In this document: one piece after another, positions 39,080-49,402 of the stretch
Numbering within the stretch: the stretch's first letter is position 1
Layout: every line of letters starts with the position of its first letter
Notes under the pieces: model-generated
Told to the model about the DNA's origin: nothing
Seen by the model: only the letters and a program-made list of their open reading frames with translations
The model's database searches: none
Source: Candidatus Helarchaeota archaeon
Lineage (GTDB): Archaea; Asgardarchaeota; Lokiarchaeia; Helarchaeales; RDOG01
Reading direction: 5' to 3'
Assembly (NCBI GenBank): GCA_019058315.1
Contig: JAHPZH010000001.1
Location: forward strand, 881,432-945,431
Length of the DNA stretch: 64,000 bases
Position numbers and translations under genes: made by a program

Positions 39080-41599
39080 TTATAATGGTGGAAATAATTT
39101 CCGAATTTCCTCTAACGAATATTCATGTTCTAATTTGAATTTATTAATTGATTCATTAGCTAAATCTTTCTTTTTTTTCGATCCATAAATTTGAAATATC
39201 TGTCGTAAATCTATTGTATTATTCCAAGTATTCTCAAATTGGGATTTATAATAGTGTATAAGATTATAATCGTTTATAACAAGCATTTGGAAATTATTAG
39301 AAGCTAAATCACCGATAACCAATGTGACATAATTGTCATAAATACCATAAATTGTGTTCAGTTCTAATCCAGCAGGAAGAAAATGAACTTGGTATCTAGG
39401 ATGCAAGTCTAGGCTCTGCTTCAAAATTTTATTTGAAATCGCATTTAGATAGTTAGGAAGATAAGAAAGAATGACACGTGCTTTCATCTTCTTATTTTCT
39501 ACAGTGTTTATTACCTCTTGTCCATATGATAAAACTAGATCAGCAAAAGTTTTTGCATATTCAGAATTTTCGATATTATTAATAAAATGTTCTGAAAATG
39601 ATTGAAAAATATTTACTTGATTTTTATTAATCTTTAATAGATGGGTAACTAAATATGTCGTATATTTTCCATCAAATACTTTCATTTCCCCTCTTTCGGG
39701 TAGGGAAATTGTTAATTCTAAATCATTTAAAGTATGTTTAAATAAATCCTGTAAAGATTTTGATTGATCTGAAAGCCAACTAAGTCTAAAGTCTAAAGAA
39801 TTAGACCAAGCATTCTGGAATATAAATAGAAACTGTTCAACGATATGTCGATCAGTAAAAAAAGTAAATTTGATTCTACCAGATTCTAAATATTCGGGAA
39901 TTAACAAGAGTTGTTTATCAATTATGATGAATTGATATTGTGGCATTTCTATTTGCCGCATTTGAAGGTATGGTGTTAAATTATATACTTGTTGGAGTTC
40001 ATTTTTTATTGTTTCTAAATCTTGTATAATATTAACATTAGCATCTGAGGAATTTCTTAATAATTTTACTTTTATACCATTTCTACATTTTTCAATTAAA
40101 ATTTTGAATAAATTTTTATAAAATAATCTTTGATAAGAAATATCACTATCATTATGAATACCAACTTTTTTAACTGATAATAAATCACCAAGGATAAGGA
40201 CCTCTGACTCTGCAGCTTTCAATAGATTTAAATTTACACTTAGAACATCTCTAAAACCAGTGATTATGACAGGATTTTTTCCGAATTTATATACTGGCGG
40301 ATTTCTTGTCATTGATTCAATAATTATGTTTTCTAGCTCATTACTAATCGATTCTCCCATTAATATATCTCTAATATCTATAGCACTATCCCAAACTCGC
40401 TCAAACTGCCGTTTCGCATTTTTAACACTTAATTCATTTTTATTTAATAAGATTTTATCAAATTGTGCCAGATCCTGCTTCACCATAAAATCTATTAAAG
40501 TAGAATTATCTATAATAATTTTAGCAGTCTTATAGTCACTCTCTGACGGTATTTTCAATTCTAATTTCCCTTGAGATATTAATTGAATTAATTGAGTGTA
40601 AAGAGATTCTAATTTTTGCAATACCCAGCTATCATAATACATAAGTAGTCTTACTTTTAGATTTGATTTCTCTCTCAGATTTAATATCTCTATAAAACTA
40701 TTGTAAAATTCTTTAGCAATATTTAATTTTGCAACGTTTCTTTCCGCTTTTAACCTAAAATCTAGCAAAATTTCTCCTTTTGCATTAATTAATTGGGTCT
40801 TTACCCATTTAACTACATCCATACGAAAATCAATTAACTGATATATATTATTAAGTGCTCTTTGAGGCTTTAAATCTTCCGAAATTTGATTATTATTAAT
40901 ATAATTGAGTGCATCCTGTAAGCGTGACTTTTTATTTTCCCAAATTGTTTGAAGGGATTTTTTTTCATTTTTTAAAATTGTAAGTAAATTTTTTGAAATA
41001 TAAGTTTTCGAACGTCCATCCTTTCTCGAAGAAATAAATCCCTGTTTCTCTAAAGAATTTAAGTAATATCTGATGTTATGAGCTTTTAATTTACCATTAT
41101 ATGGACTAATCATCTCTTTAATCTGTCTAATAGACCTGGCTATTGGAACGATTTTGCCATTTTCTTTAGAAAATAAGGTATTTAAAATATAGATTTTGTC
41201 CATACTTAATTTTAATTCAGGTATTGTTGTTTGTAATAATTCAAATACATGATTTAAATCAAAATCTTCGTTAATCTTATCTTGTTCTAATTCTTTTATT
41301 AGCTCTTCAATTTTTTTTTGTGAATTTGTATAATTATCCTCTTGTGCCTTTAATATATTCTCAAGTCTTGATTCATCATATTGATAAACACAAGGTTTTG
41401 TTTCTTTAGTAATGATTAAAAATTCTTGTTTAATTAAATCATCCAAAAGCTCCCAGTAAAATGATTCTTGTAGATTGAATTCATCTTCAATTAGTTTGTA
41501 TGTTAATGCAGATCTATGTTTTGAATTAATAATAAAGTTTAGAAGCTTTGCCTGATTTTCACTTAAACCAAATTCTTTTAATTTTTCAATCTCTATCAT
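39080..41599 (-). CDS. TrmB-like protein: 2 wHTH + 3 PLD-like domains
   Basis: FGLSENQAKLL; IRYYLNSLEKQGFI; three units ending FERVW, FQNAW, FENTW. Confidence 0.7.
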   Translation of the reverse strand: MIEIEKLKEFGLSENQAKLLNFIINSKHRSALTYKLIEDEFNLQESFYWELLDDLIKQEFLIITKETKPCVYQYDESRLENILKAQEDNYTNSQKKIEELIKELEQDKINEDFDLNHVFELLQTTIPELKLSMDKIYILNTLFSKENGKIVPIARSIRQIKEMISPYNGKLKAHNIRYYLNSLEKQGFISSRKDGRSKTYISKNLLTILKNEKKSLQTIWENKKSRLQDALNYINNNQISEDLKPQRALNNIYQLIDFRMDVVKWVKTQLINAKGEILLDFRLKAERNVAKLNIAKEFYNSFIEILNLREKSNLKVRLLMYYDSWVLQKLESLYTQLIQLISQGKLELKIPSESDYKTAKIIIDNSTLIDFMVKQDLAQFDKILLNKNELSVKNAKRQFERVWDSAIDIRDILMGESISNELENIIIESMTRNPPVYKFGKNPVIITGFRDVLSVNLNLLKAAESEVLILGDLLSVKKVGIHNDSDISYQRLFYKNLFKILIEKCRNGIKVKLLRNSSDANVNIIQDLETIKNELQQVYNLTPYLQMRQIEMPQYQFIIIDKQLLLIPEYLESGRIKFTFFTDRHIVEQFLFIFQNAWSNSLDFRLSWLSDQSKSLQDLFKHTLNDLELTISLPERGEMKVFDGKYTTYLVTHLLKINKNQVNIFQSFSEHFINNIENSEYAKTFADLVLSYGQEVINTVENKKMKARVILSYLPNYLNAISNKILKQSLDLHPRYQVHFLPAGLELNTIYGIYDNYVTLVIGDLASNNFQMLVINDYNLIHYYKSQFENTWNNTIDLRQIFQIYGSKKKKDLANESINKFKLEHEYSLEEIRKLFPPL

Positions 41600-41638
41600 T
41601 AAAATTACCTTTTACAACCTTTTATTATTATTAAATAT

Positions 41639-44600
41639 CTAAACAGCATCAATTGATTTTTTAATTGGAAAAAATTGTCGAATTTCTTCCGAAGTATATT
41701 TTTTTTCCAATTTAATCCTTTTATAAGATTTTGAAATTAGTTCTTTCTTTCTATTTGAGCCATATTCATAATAAACCTGCCTAACATCAATTGAATTATT
41801 CCAGGCGTTAATAAATTGATTTAAATAATTTCCTCTAAAATTCACATCATTAATGAGAAGTAATTGGAACAGACTTGAGCTATTCTCGCCAAGAATCAGT
41901 ATAGTATAATGGTCATAAATAGTATATATGATGTTAGATTGATAAGGGGGTAGTGAAAAACGAAGTTGATAAACAGGATAGAGATCTAAAGCTCTTTTAA
42001 TATCATTATATGTTATAGCACTTAAAAAAGTCGGTTGAAATGATGCGATAACTCGCGATTGAATCTTTTTATTCTTAATAGCTTCCATCACATCTCTGCT
42101 AAATGATAACACCATGTGTGCAAAAGCTTCTTTTCCTTTAGATTGTTTTATAAAGTCTTTTGAAGCTGCAAGAAACATATAAAATTCTTGATGTGTATTA
42201 TCCAATAGACATTTCAAAATATGTCTTAGATATTTTGCATCATAAATTCGCATCTCGCCTCGTTCTGGTAAAGTCATTTGGAATTCAAGCTGGTCAAATG
42301 AACTTAAAATCTCTTTTTTAAAAGTTGGATCCCCGGCTGACAACCAAATCAATCTAATATCTAATGCTTTGTCCCAAGCATCTTGAAATGTCTTTTCATA
42401 TTTCTTTACTAATAAATTTTCTGATATTATAATTATTTTTAATTGATTTGATTCTAAGAACTCATGAATTATTAGAGTTTTATTATCAATAATTATAAAA
42501 TTAGAATGCGCTAAATCAATCTGTCTGAATTGAAACATAGGAAATAAAGATATCAAAGTTTTTAATTGAAGTTTTGTTTGGGATTCGTCCTTAATCTGAC
42601 TTATTACTGGTTTTGAGGAGTTTCTTAAAATTTTTACAGTAATATTATCTTTGACCTTATTCGTGAATACTTCAAAATAGCTACTATACAACTCTCTTTG
42701 ATGAACTGTTTCAAAAGCCTCATGCCTGCCATCTCTAGAAATAAAAAAAGGATTTGCAACTATTAAAATTTCTTTCTTGGCTTTTCTAAGTAAATTCAGA
42801 ACTATCTCAATTACATCCCTTTTTCCTTGCATTACTATGGGTCTAGTTCCAATATTATAAATAGGGGGATTCTTTATCAAAGATTGTTTTGCTGTTTTTT
42901 CCAATTCTTTATCAATGTCATATTGCATTATTGTATTCCTAAAATCGGTACTTTGTCCAAATTTTTTATTAAATTGAGTTTTAATTTCTGAGATACTCAC
43001 TGGATTTCTTATTATTAAGGCATTATAAGATGAAATGGTCTTTCGATCTGTCATAATTTGGAATGATAGAGAATCATCAATTATTATTGCTCTATTTAAT
43101 ATGGTATTTTCAGTTTGAACTCTAAATTCTAATTTCCCTTGAGACATTAATTTAATTAAATCAATGAAAATCTTATCCAATTTATTAACTAACCAGGAAT
43201 TGATTCCTAAAAGTAATTTAACCTTTAAATCCTTTTTATTTAATACATCAATTAAATCACTGAAAAAATTTCTAAAATAATCTTCTACAACCTGAAGTCT
43301 TTCAATATCCCCCCTAAAATCTAATATAATTTCATGATTTGCAAGTCTCAAATAATCTTTAAAAATTTCTACTATATTTTTTCCAAGATGTATAATTTCA
43401 TAATCACTTTTATTTTCATGCACGATTGGATAATTATTTAATGATTCTTCGATCTCCTGTGCTAATTGTTCCTTTAATTTTTTATTACGGGTTAATCGAA
43501 TCCGAAAATCTTCCGCTATTTTCCAACTTTTATAAAATTCAGTCTCGTATAAATTTACTGTTTGTTCATCTTGGATTAGCATAAAATCTAGACTGTTTTG
43601 AAAGGCGTGAATTGTATATTTAGAATCAATTATAATTGTGAATGTATTTAATAACCTTGAAGTGGTCTTAACTTCAATATGTGGTATTTTTTTTAAAACT
43701 TGTCTAATTATTTCCGGATCTAAATCTTCTATCTTTCCTGCAATTAGAACTTTTATTTGGACTTCAGACCTATCTAAATAGCTTAAAATTTTTTCAATAA
43801 TAATTTGAACTCTTTTATTTATCGAATCTGTTTTTCCTTTATAAAAGGGATGAATTATTAGAATCTCTTTATTAGCAAATTCTATATAATTCTGTAATTT
43901 TGAGACTCCACTGAATTTTTGAACTTCTTCCTTATCAATCGAAGGTTTTGTATGAAAATATTGTATGACTTCTTGCATAAACCTCTTTTTGTCCAGCCAT
44001 TTTTTCTTTTGAAAATCTTTCTCAATTTTAAATAATGTCACTAAATCATTTGGTTCATAACTATTTCTCCGACCTATCTTTTTTAATTTAATAAAATCTC
44101 TATTCACTAATAATTTCAAATTATAACGAACATTATTTTCGCCAATTTTGTCAGTAATCTCTTTAATAGTCATCGAAATTGGAACAATTTTCCCATTTTT
44201 CTGAGAAAATAATGTATAAATAATTGAAATACTTTCATCATTCAAACCTAATAGACTTTCTGAATCCTTAAGGATTCCTTTAACTTGTTTTACGTTTGAT
44301 TTTTGATCTAGAAGAATTTTTATTTCTTTAATTTTTTTATCGAATTCCTTTTGTTCATTTAGATATGAATCCTGTCCCTCTTGGATAATTTCCGCCATTC
44401 TGGAATCATTATAGCGATAGACGAATGGTTTTGTCGTCGTTTTAGTTTTAGACGAATGGTTTTGTCCTTTTAATGACGGTTTTGTCTTATTAATAACTTG
44501 TAAAAAACCGGCTTTCGTTAAATCACTAACTAATTCCCGATAAAATGATTTATTGGATTTAAAATTTTTCTTAATTTCCTTAAAAGTAAGGTTATTACCC

Positions 44601-44698
44601 ATAATATTTTCTTTTCGATATGATTCAATGAAAAATTTTAGCAAATTTGCTTGATTTGTAGTCAGTCCAAATACTTTTAATTTTGAAATATCTTCCAT
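41639..44698 (-). CDS. TrmB-like protein: 2 wHTH + 4 PLD-like domains
   Basis: FGLTTNQANLL; VRYNLKLLVNRDFI; four units ending FYKSW, FNKKF, FQDAW, FINAW. Confidence 0.7.
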   Translation of the reverse strand: MEDISKLKVFGLTTNQANLLKFFIESYRKENIMGNNLTFKEIKKNFKSNKSFYRELVSDLTKAGFLQVINKTKPSLKGQNHSSKTKTTTKPFVYRYNDSRMAEIIQEGQDSYLNEQKEFDKKIKEIKILLDQKSNVKQVKGILKDSESLLGLNDESISIIYTLFSQKNGKIVPISMTIKEITDKIGENNVRYNLKLLVNRDFIKLKKIGRRNSYEPNDLVTLFKIEKDFQKKKWLDKKRFMQEVIQYFHTKPSIDKEEVQKFSGVSKLQNYIEFANKEILIIHPFYKGKTDSINKRVQIIIEKILSYLDRSEVQIKVLIAGKIEDLDPEIIRQVLKKIPHIEVKTTSRLLNTFTIIIDSKYTIHAFQNSLDFMLIQDEQTVNLYETEFYKSWKIAEDFRIRLTRNKKLKEQLAQEIEESLNNYPIVHENKSDYEIIHLGKNIVEIFKDYLRLANHEIILDFRGDIERLQVVEDYFRNFFSDLIDVLNKKDLKVKLLLGINSWLVNKLDKIFIDLIKLMSQGKLEFRVQTENTILNRAIIIDDSLSFQIMTDRKTISSYNALIIRNPVSISEIKTQFNKKFGQSTDFRNTIMQYDIDKELEKTAKQSLIKNPPIYNIGTRPIVMQGKRDVIEIVLNLLRKAKKEILIVANPFFISRDGRHEAFETVHQRELYSSYFEVFTNKVKDNITVKILRNSSKPVISQIKDESQTKLQLKTLISLFPMFQFRQIDLAHSNFIIIDNKTLIIHEFLESNQLKIIIISENLLVKKYEKTFQDAWDKALDIRLIWLSAGDPTFKKEILSSFDQLEFQMTLPERGEMRIYDAKYLRHILKCLLDNTHQEFYMFLAASKDFIKQSKGKEAFAHMVLSFSRDVMEAIKNKKIQSRVIASFQPTFLSAITYNDIKRALDLYPVYQLRFSLPPYQSNIIYTIYDHYTILILGENSSSLFQLLLINDVNFRGNYLNQFINAWNNSIDVRQVYYEYGSNRKKELISKSYKRIKLEKKYTSEEIRQFFPIKKSIDAV

Positions 44699-45128
44699 TG
44701 AGAAAAACCTTTATTAATTATTATTCTTATAAAAGTTTATTCGTCTACTTTTACACTTAAATAAGAATTAATAATCTTTATAATTATTAAAAAGTTTCTT
44801 CTATAGTATTGACAACTTTTATATTTTAGATCTGATAAAATTAAACTACGAGTTTCATGATTATTGATTGAGATACTCCGTGCCTACAAATAATGAAGAA
44901 GTGGAGGGCAGGGAGGGACCAATCCTATAATTTTTTTTTATAAATATTCTGCATTTTTTTTAATTTATTTCATTTTTTATTTATGTAATTAATTAAAAGA
45001 ATTATTAAATTCATTTTACGATTAATTATTATAGTAAACCTCATTTTATCTGGATTAGTTAAATTATAAGATTTAAATTTCAAATTAACAATATTTCTTG
45101 TAATATTTGTTAATTCAAGGCATATACA

Positions 45129-45509
45129 ATGGTTAAATTATCAAATAACAAGTTAATAAAATATGGCAATAGACATATTGAATTAAGAAAATACCCTGGA
45201 GCAATTAGACTTTTTTATAGGGTTTTAAAGAATAATCCAAGAGATAAAATTAAAATCCAAGCTTATCTTGGACTTGGAGATGCTCTCAGAGCGGAGTATG
45301 AAATAGAATTAGCTGAGGAAATATTTAAGAAAGCGTTAAATCTAGCAGAGATTATCGAAGATACTAAAATGATTAAATTTATTGAGGATAAGATCGAAAA
45401 TATTTATGTTTTTAAAAAAGAACAGGAGTTAAATCCAATACAAATAGGATTTTTTATGAGAGCAATAATGAAATTATTATCCTTTCTAGGGAAAACAGAT
45501 TGGTTTTAA
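45129..45509 (+). CDS. small TPR protein
   Basis: AYLGLGDALRAEYEIELAEEIFKKAL. Confidence 0.75.
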   Translation: MVKLSNNKLIKYGNRHIELRKYPGAIRLFYRVLKNNPRDKIKIQAYLGLGDALRAEYEIELAEEIFKKALNLAEIIEDTKMIKFIEDKIENIYVFKKEQELNPIQIGFFMRAIMKLLSFLGKTDWF

Positions 45510-45571
45510 TGTGATATATAAAATTTCATATTTACACTAGGCAATCTCTAAAATAAAATGGAAGAAATATA

Positions 45572-47530
45572 TTGACCTTTAATAAAATATTAATGCTAAA
45601 GCCACAAGGAGCTGCAGGCCTAGGTATTATAGTAGGTGCTTTAATACCCCATGCATGTGAGTATCTTGCTGGTGCCATTGAAGATATGGTTGAAAGAGTC
45701 GAAATATTAGACAGGGATTTTCATCATTTTTCAAATAAATATTATCTTGGCTTTCTTAAGAAATTAAAACCGGATTGTATTGGAATTTCAATGGAAGCAA
45801 CGGAGCATAATGATGGAATTCGGCTTGCCAAACTTTCTAAACAGTTCAATCCCGAAGTTAAAATTGTTGTCGGGGGATTTCAACCAACTGCATTACCTGA
45901 ATTGTTTTTAAATGAAAATTGTATTGATATTGTTGTAAGAGGGGAGGGAGAAGAAACTTTTCAAGAAATTATAAAGAAAGAGAATGCTAAAAATATATTG
46001 GGAAGTTCATATAAAGAGAATGGTGCAATAATCCATAATGAAGATAGACCCCTTATCGAAAACCTCGATAAGCTACCATTTCCTGCACGTCACCTACGAA
46101 GATATGAGTATCATTTTTCATGGGCATTAGATAAAGAGGCGGATCAAGTATCTTGGGGTAGGGGATGCTATGGTAAATGTACTTTCTGTAATGAACCAAG
46201 AATGAGTAGAAGTACAATTCGACACCGATCTCCTAAAAATGTTATTGATGAACTATATAGCATTGTAGAACTTCATAAAAAACCCACTCATATAATGATA
46301 GCTGATCCTAATGTAATGGGGAGAAAAGAATCTGATATAAAATGGATCGAAGAAATTGTGGATCAAATCATTGAACTTCAAAAAGAAAAAAGAATAAACC
46401 TTACATTTAATGCAATGGTTAGATGTGATGTGGTCGCAAGTCATCCTAATACAATGAAAAAAATGATACAGGCTAAAATATCTCGTTTTTGTATGGGAAT
46501 AGAATCCGATAATCCTGAGGATTTCAAAAAAACGCATAAAGGGACTCTAAGTGGGGATATTCAAAGAAAAGCAATACAAACAATTCGTAAATATGGAGGG
46601 GTAGCAGGTGGGACTTTTGTTATTGGACTTCCTTGGCATAAAAAGGAAGAAATGATCGCATTTCCAAGATATGCTAAATCGATTGCCCTAATGTACTCCG
46701 CCTACGGAATAGCCACTCCTTTTCCGGGTAGTGATTTTTATGACGAATTGAAAAGTAAGAACTTAATATACGAGAAAAACTGGAGCTTTTTCGATGAAAT
46801 GCATGGAACTTTCAATATAGATGGTATAAAAAAAGGCGAAATGGAGATAATTAACGCTATATGTCTCGGGAGATTCTATACACCTGATACTTTATTGGAT
46901 CAATTAAAAATTGAAAGGATTCGAATTAATAAAAAGAAAATCCATATATTAGATTTCATTTCATCACGAATAAATGGTATGTTTTTTATGTCTCATGGTG
47001 GTTTAGGCTTGAGGGGGAGAGAATTTAAGAGGGATGCCAAATATTTCTTTGAAGGTCAAGCATTAGACGGAAAAATAATCAGGAATAGAACGAGTAAATC
47101 AATAAGAAAAGGAGGAGTGAAAGCGAGTGATATTCTTGAAATGAAAAATTTTTTAAGATTTATGGGTAATCAAAAAATCCAAATAACTCTTAATAATTAC
47201 GGCAGACCGCTTACGAGTTATATATTAAAATCTAATAACTATGAATTAGAATATATCGAAGTAGTGCCAGGTATGTTAAGAGATAATATTACAAGTCAAT
47301 TTAATGTTGACTTAAACGATTTGGAAATAAATCATCCATGGCAAATTCCTGGATTTTTTTATCGAGGACTCATTAAACCTTATTATAATTTTCACCAAAG
47401 TCCAATTGAAACTATAAAGAGATTTTTTTATCAAACTCGAATGTTTTTAGCTACTGCGTATTTAGGTATTGAGCTAGTATTAAGGAAATTTTATAATTTT
47501 TTAAAGCAAATTTTTCCAAGAAAGAAATGA
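45572..47530 (+). CDS. cobalamin-binding radical SAM enzyme with C-terminal extension
   Basis: B12 domain VVGGFQPT...VVRGEGE; GRGCYGKCTFC; GIES; TPFPGS. Confidence 0.9.
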   Translation: MTFNKILMLKPQGAAGLGIIVGALIPHACEYLAGAIEDMVERVEILDRDFHHFSNKYYLGFLKKLKPDCIGISMEATEHNDGIRLAKLSKQFNPEVKIVVGGFQPTALPELFLNENCIDIVVRGEGEETFQEIIKKENAKNILGSSYKENGAIIHNEDRPLIENLDKLPFPARHLRRYEYHFSWALDKEADQVSWGRGCYGKCTFCNEPRMSRSTIRHRSPKNVIDELYSIVELHKKPTHIMIADPNVMGRKESDIKWIEEIVDQIIELQKEKRINLTFNAMVRCDVVASHPNTMKKMIQAKISRFCMGIESDNPEDFKKTHKGTLSGDIQRKAIQTIRKYGGVAGGTFVIGLPWHKKEEMIAFPRYAKSIALMYSAYGIATPFPGSDFYDELKSKNLIYEKNWSFFDEMHGTFNIDGIKKGEMEIINAICLGRFYTPDTLLDQLKIERIRINKKKIHILDFISSRINGMFFMSHGGLGLRGREFKRDAKYFFEGQALDGKIIRNRTSKSIRKGGVKASDILEMKNFLRFMGNQKIQITLNNYGRPLTSYILKSNNYELEYIEVVPGMLRDNITSQFNVDLNDLEINHPWQIPGFFYRGLIKPYYNFHQSPIETIKRFFYQTRMFLATAYLGIELVLRKFYNFLKQIFPRKK

Positions 47531-47805
47531 GGAAAATAAATACGAATTGGGTGAAAAATTAGGGCATTTAGAGAGCGGAGATAGATCTACATATTATAAT
47601 TTATTCCATGGCATTTCAAGGACCCTAAATTTTAGACAATTACTGAAAGGTGATAAATCTATCTCTTCTAGCATGTTCATTTCAATTTAAGTAATTGGAT
47701 TAAAAAGATGATAATTTTTAATTTACGAGAATAAATTTTAGAAATATTGATATATTTGTTTTAAAATATTTAATCTAGATAAGATTTATTTCTTATTTTT
47801 TTATT

Positions 47806-48042
47806 ATGTATCTTGGGTATGAGAAATTGTTTGAGGAATTCGAGAAAAGAAAATACCATATTAACCGACCACCTCCCACTGATATGTCTGACTTTATTTT
47901 AATAGAAAAGAAAGAAGTGGATGACTTTAGATGTGGGGAGTGCGATGGGATAATGTATTTATCTATATACTATTGTTCTTCTCCCAGTAGATATATTAAG
48001 CATTTTAAATGTTCAAAATGCGATTTAGAAACTTGGAGATAA
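47806..48042 (+). CDS. small zinc-ribbon protein
   Basis: CGEC...CSKC. Confidence 0.6.
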   Translation: MYLGYEKLFEEFEKRKYHINRPPPTDMSDFILIEKKEVDDFRCGECDGIMYLSIYYCSSPSRYIKHFKCSKCDLETWR

Positions 48043-48269
48043 ACTTTTTAATCAAACTTACATTTGATTTTTGATAGAAATTGTTATATTTGATTATAAA
48101 CACAAAACTCTAAAATTTTATATTATCAATTATCTAATTTAATTAGAAATATTTTAATAAAAAGAAGTTATTAGAGATTAAAGAATTTATACTACTTTTT
48201 TTTATTAAACAAAGATGTAGTTATAAAAAAATATTATCATTCTAGATTTAAAATTATCGAGGTAGAAGA

Positions 48270-48776
48270 ATGAAATTAGTCGAATTAGCGAAGAAAGCAA
48301 TAAGCCTACTTCAAGAAGCTGGTGATAAAGGTTTCAACAACATTGACCTAGCTCAAAAACTTCATATGCCTAGAAGAAGAGTATATGATATTATTGCTAT
48401 TCTAAGGGCTGCAGGATTAGTTGAAGCCAAAAGAGAAAAGGGTGGCACAAGAATAAAATGGAGCGGTATACCTGTTGTTAGTGAGGTTAAGCCAGACTCA
48501 AGTGTAAGCCCCGATCTAATGGATAAATTAAATAAAGTTACTCAAGAAAAGAACGAATTAGAGTCGCAATTAGATGAATTGAAAGATAAAGTATCGAAAT
48601 TAAAAGAAGAACAAGAAACCTCTACCATGGAAGTTAGTACTAGCAAGACGAAATTCGAGGTTCAAAAAATCAGCATAAAAACATTAAAATCCGCAAAAAT
48701 TACTAAAGTTCAGACATCACCTATTGAAATCGTTCTAGAAGCAGATAAAAAGGGATTTGTTATAGAACCTGGATAG
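48270..48776 (+). CDS. E2F/DP-like winged-helix protein with coiled coil
   Basis: SLLQEA...RRRVYDIIAILRAAGLVE...IKWSG matches the E2F/DP RRxYD signature; followed by a heptad region and a beta-rich tail. Confidence 0.75.
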   Translation: MKLVELAKKAISLLQEAGDKGFNNIDLAQKLHMPRRRVYDIIAILRAAGLVEAKREKGGTRIKWSGIPVVSEVKPDSSVSPDLMDKLNKVTQEKNELESQLDELKDKVSKLKEEQETSTMEVSTSKTKFEVQKISIKTLKSAKITKVQTSPIEIVLEADKKGFVIEPG

Positions 48777-48806
48777 ACTTATTTAATTGTATACTTGAGA
48801 TTTTTT

Positions 48807-49193
48807 CTATTCACGATCAATAATAATTGTAGTTCCAGCTTTCGCTTTTGATTTTAATAGGTCTAGATTTTCAGTAATTTTACCTATTACATTTACTTCT
48901 GAGTAGGGCTCAATCTTTTCTAAAAAGATGCAAATGCCATCTCCCAATGGCCAATAAGCGATTTCGCCTTCCTCAATGTCCATGGTCGGTTTTTCCCGCC
49001 CCCTCTTAATGCCTATACCTTGAATATATATTTCTTTTTCTTTGTATATGCTCATTCTGTCTTGAATAGGTAAGATATCCCAAATGGCTTCAGCAGTTAA
49101 AGGATTTTTTACTCTTTGAAAAATTCCCTTGACTGTTTCAGATTCTCCTGGAATCTTAATTATTATTTTATAAACTACACTCAACTTAATCAA
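48807..49193 (-). CDS. cyclophilin-like fold protein (TM1367/DUF369-like)
   Basis: PLTAEAIWDILP...GEIAYWPLGDGICIF...VNVIGKI. Confidence 0.8.
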   Translation of the reverse strand: MIKLSVVYKIIIKIPGESETVKGIFQRVKNPLTAEAIWDILPIQDRMSIYKEKEIYIQGIGIKRGREKPTMDIEEGEIAYWPLGDGICIFLEKIEPYSEVNVIGKITENLDLLKSKAKAGTTIIIDRE

Positions 49194-49204
49194 CTTCCAT
49201 AAAT

Positions 49205-49402
49205 TTATCCTTTTAGGAATCGATATTGGACCAAACGATCCATAACTTCAACAATTTTTCGTTCAATTTTATTCTTTTCAATTTCATAGTCATCTTCAGA
49301 AATCTCATTTCTAGATTTTATATTTTCTAATTTTTCCATTTCGTTTATTAATTTCTGTTTCTCCTTCTCCATTCTTTTGATTTCGCCTTCTATTGATACC
49401 AT
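49205..49402 (-). CDS. small helical-hairpin protein (SHOCT-like motif)
   Basis: EISEDDYEIEKNKI within a coiled coil. Confidence 0.65.
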   Translation of the reverse strand: MVSIEGEIKRMEKEKQKLINEMEKLENIKSRNEISEDDYEIEKNKIERKIVEVMDRLVQYRFLKG

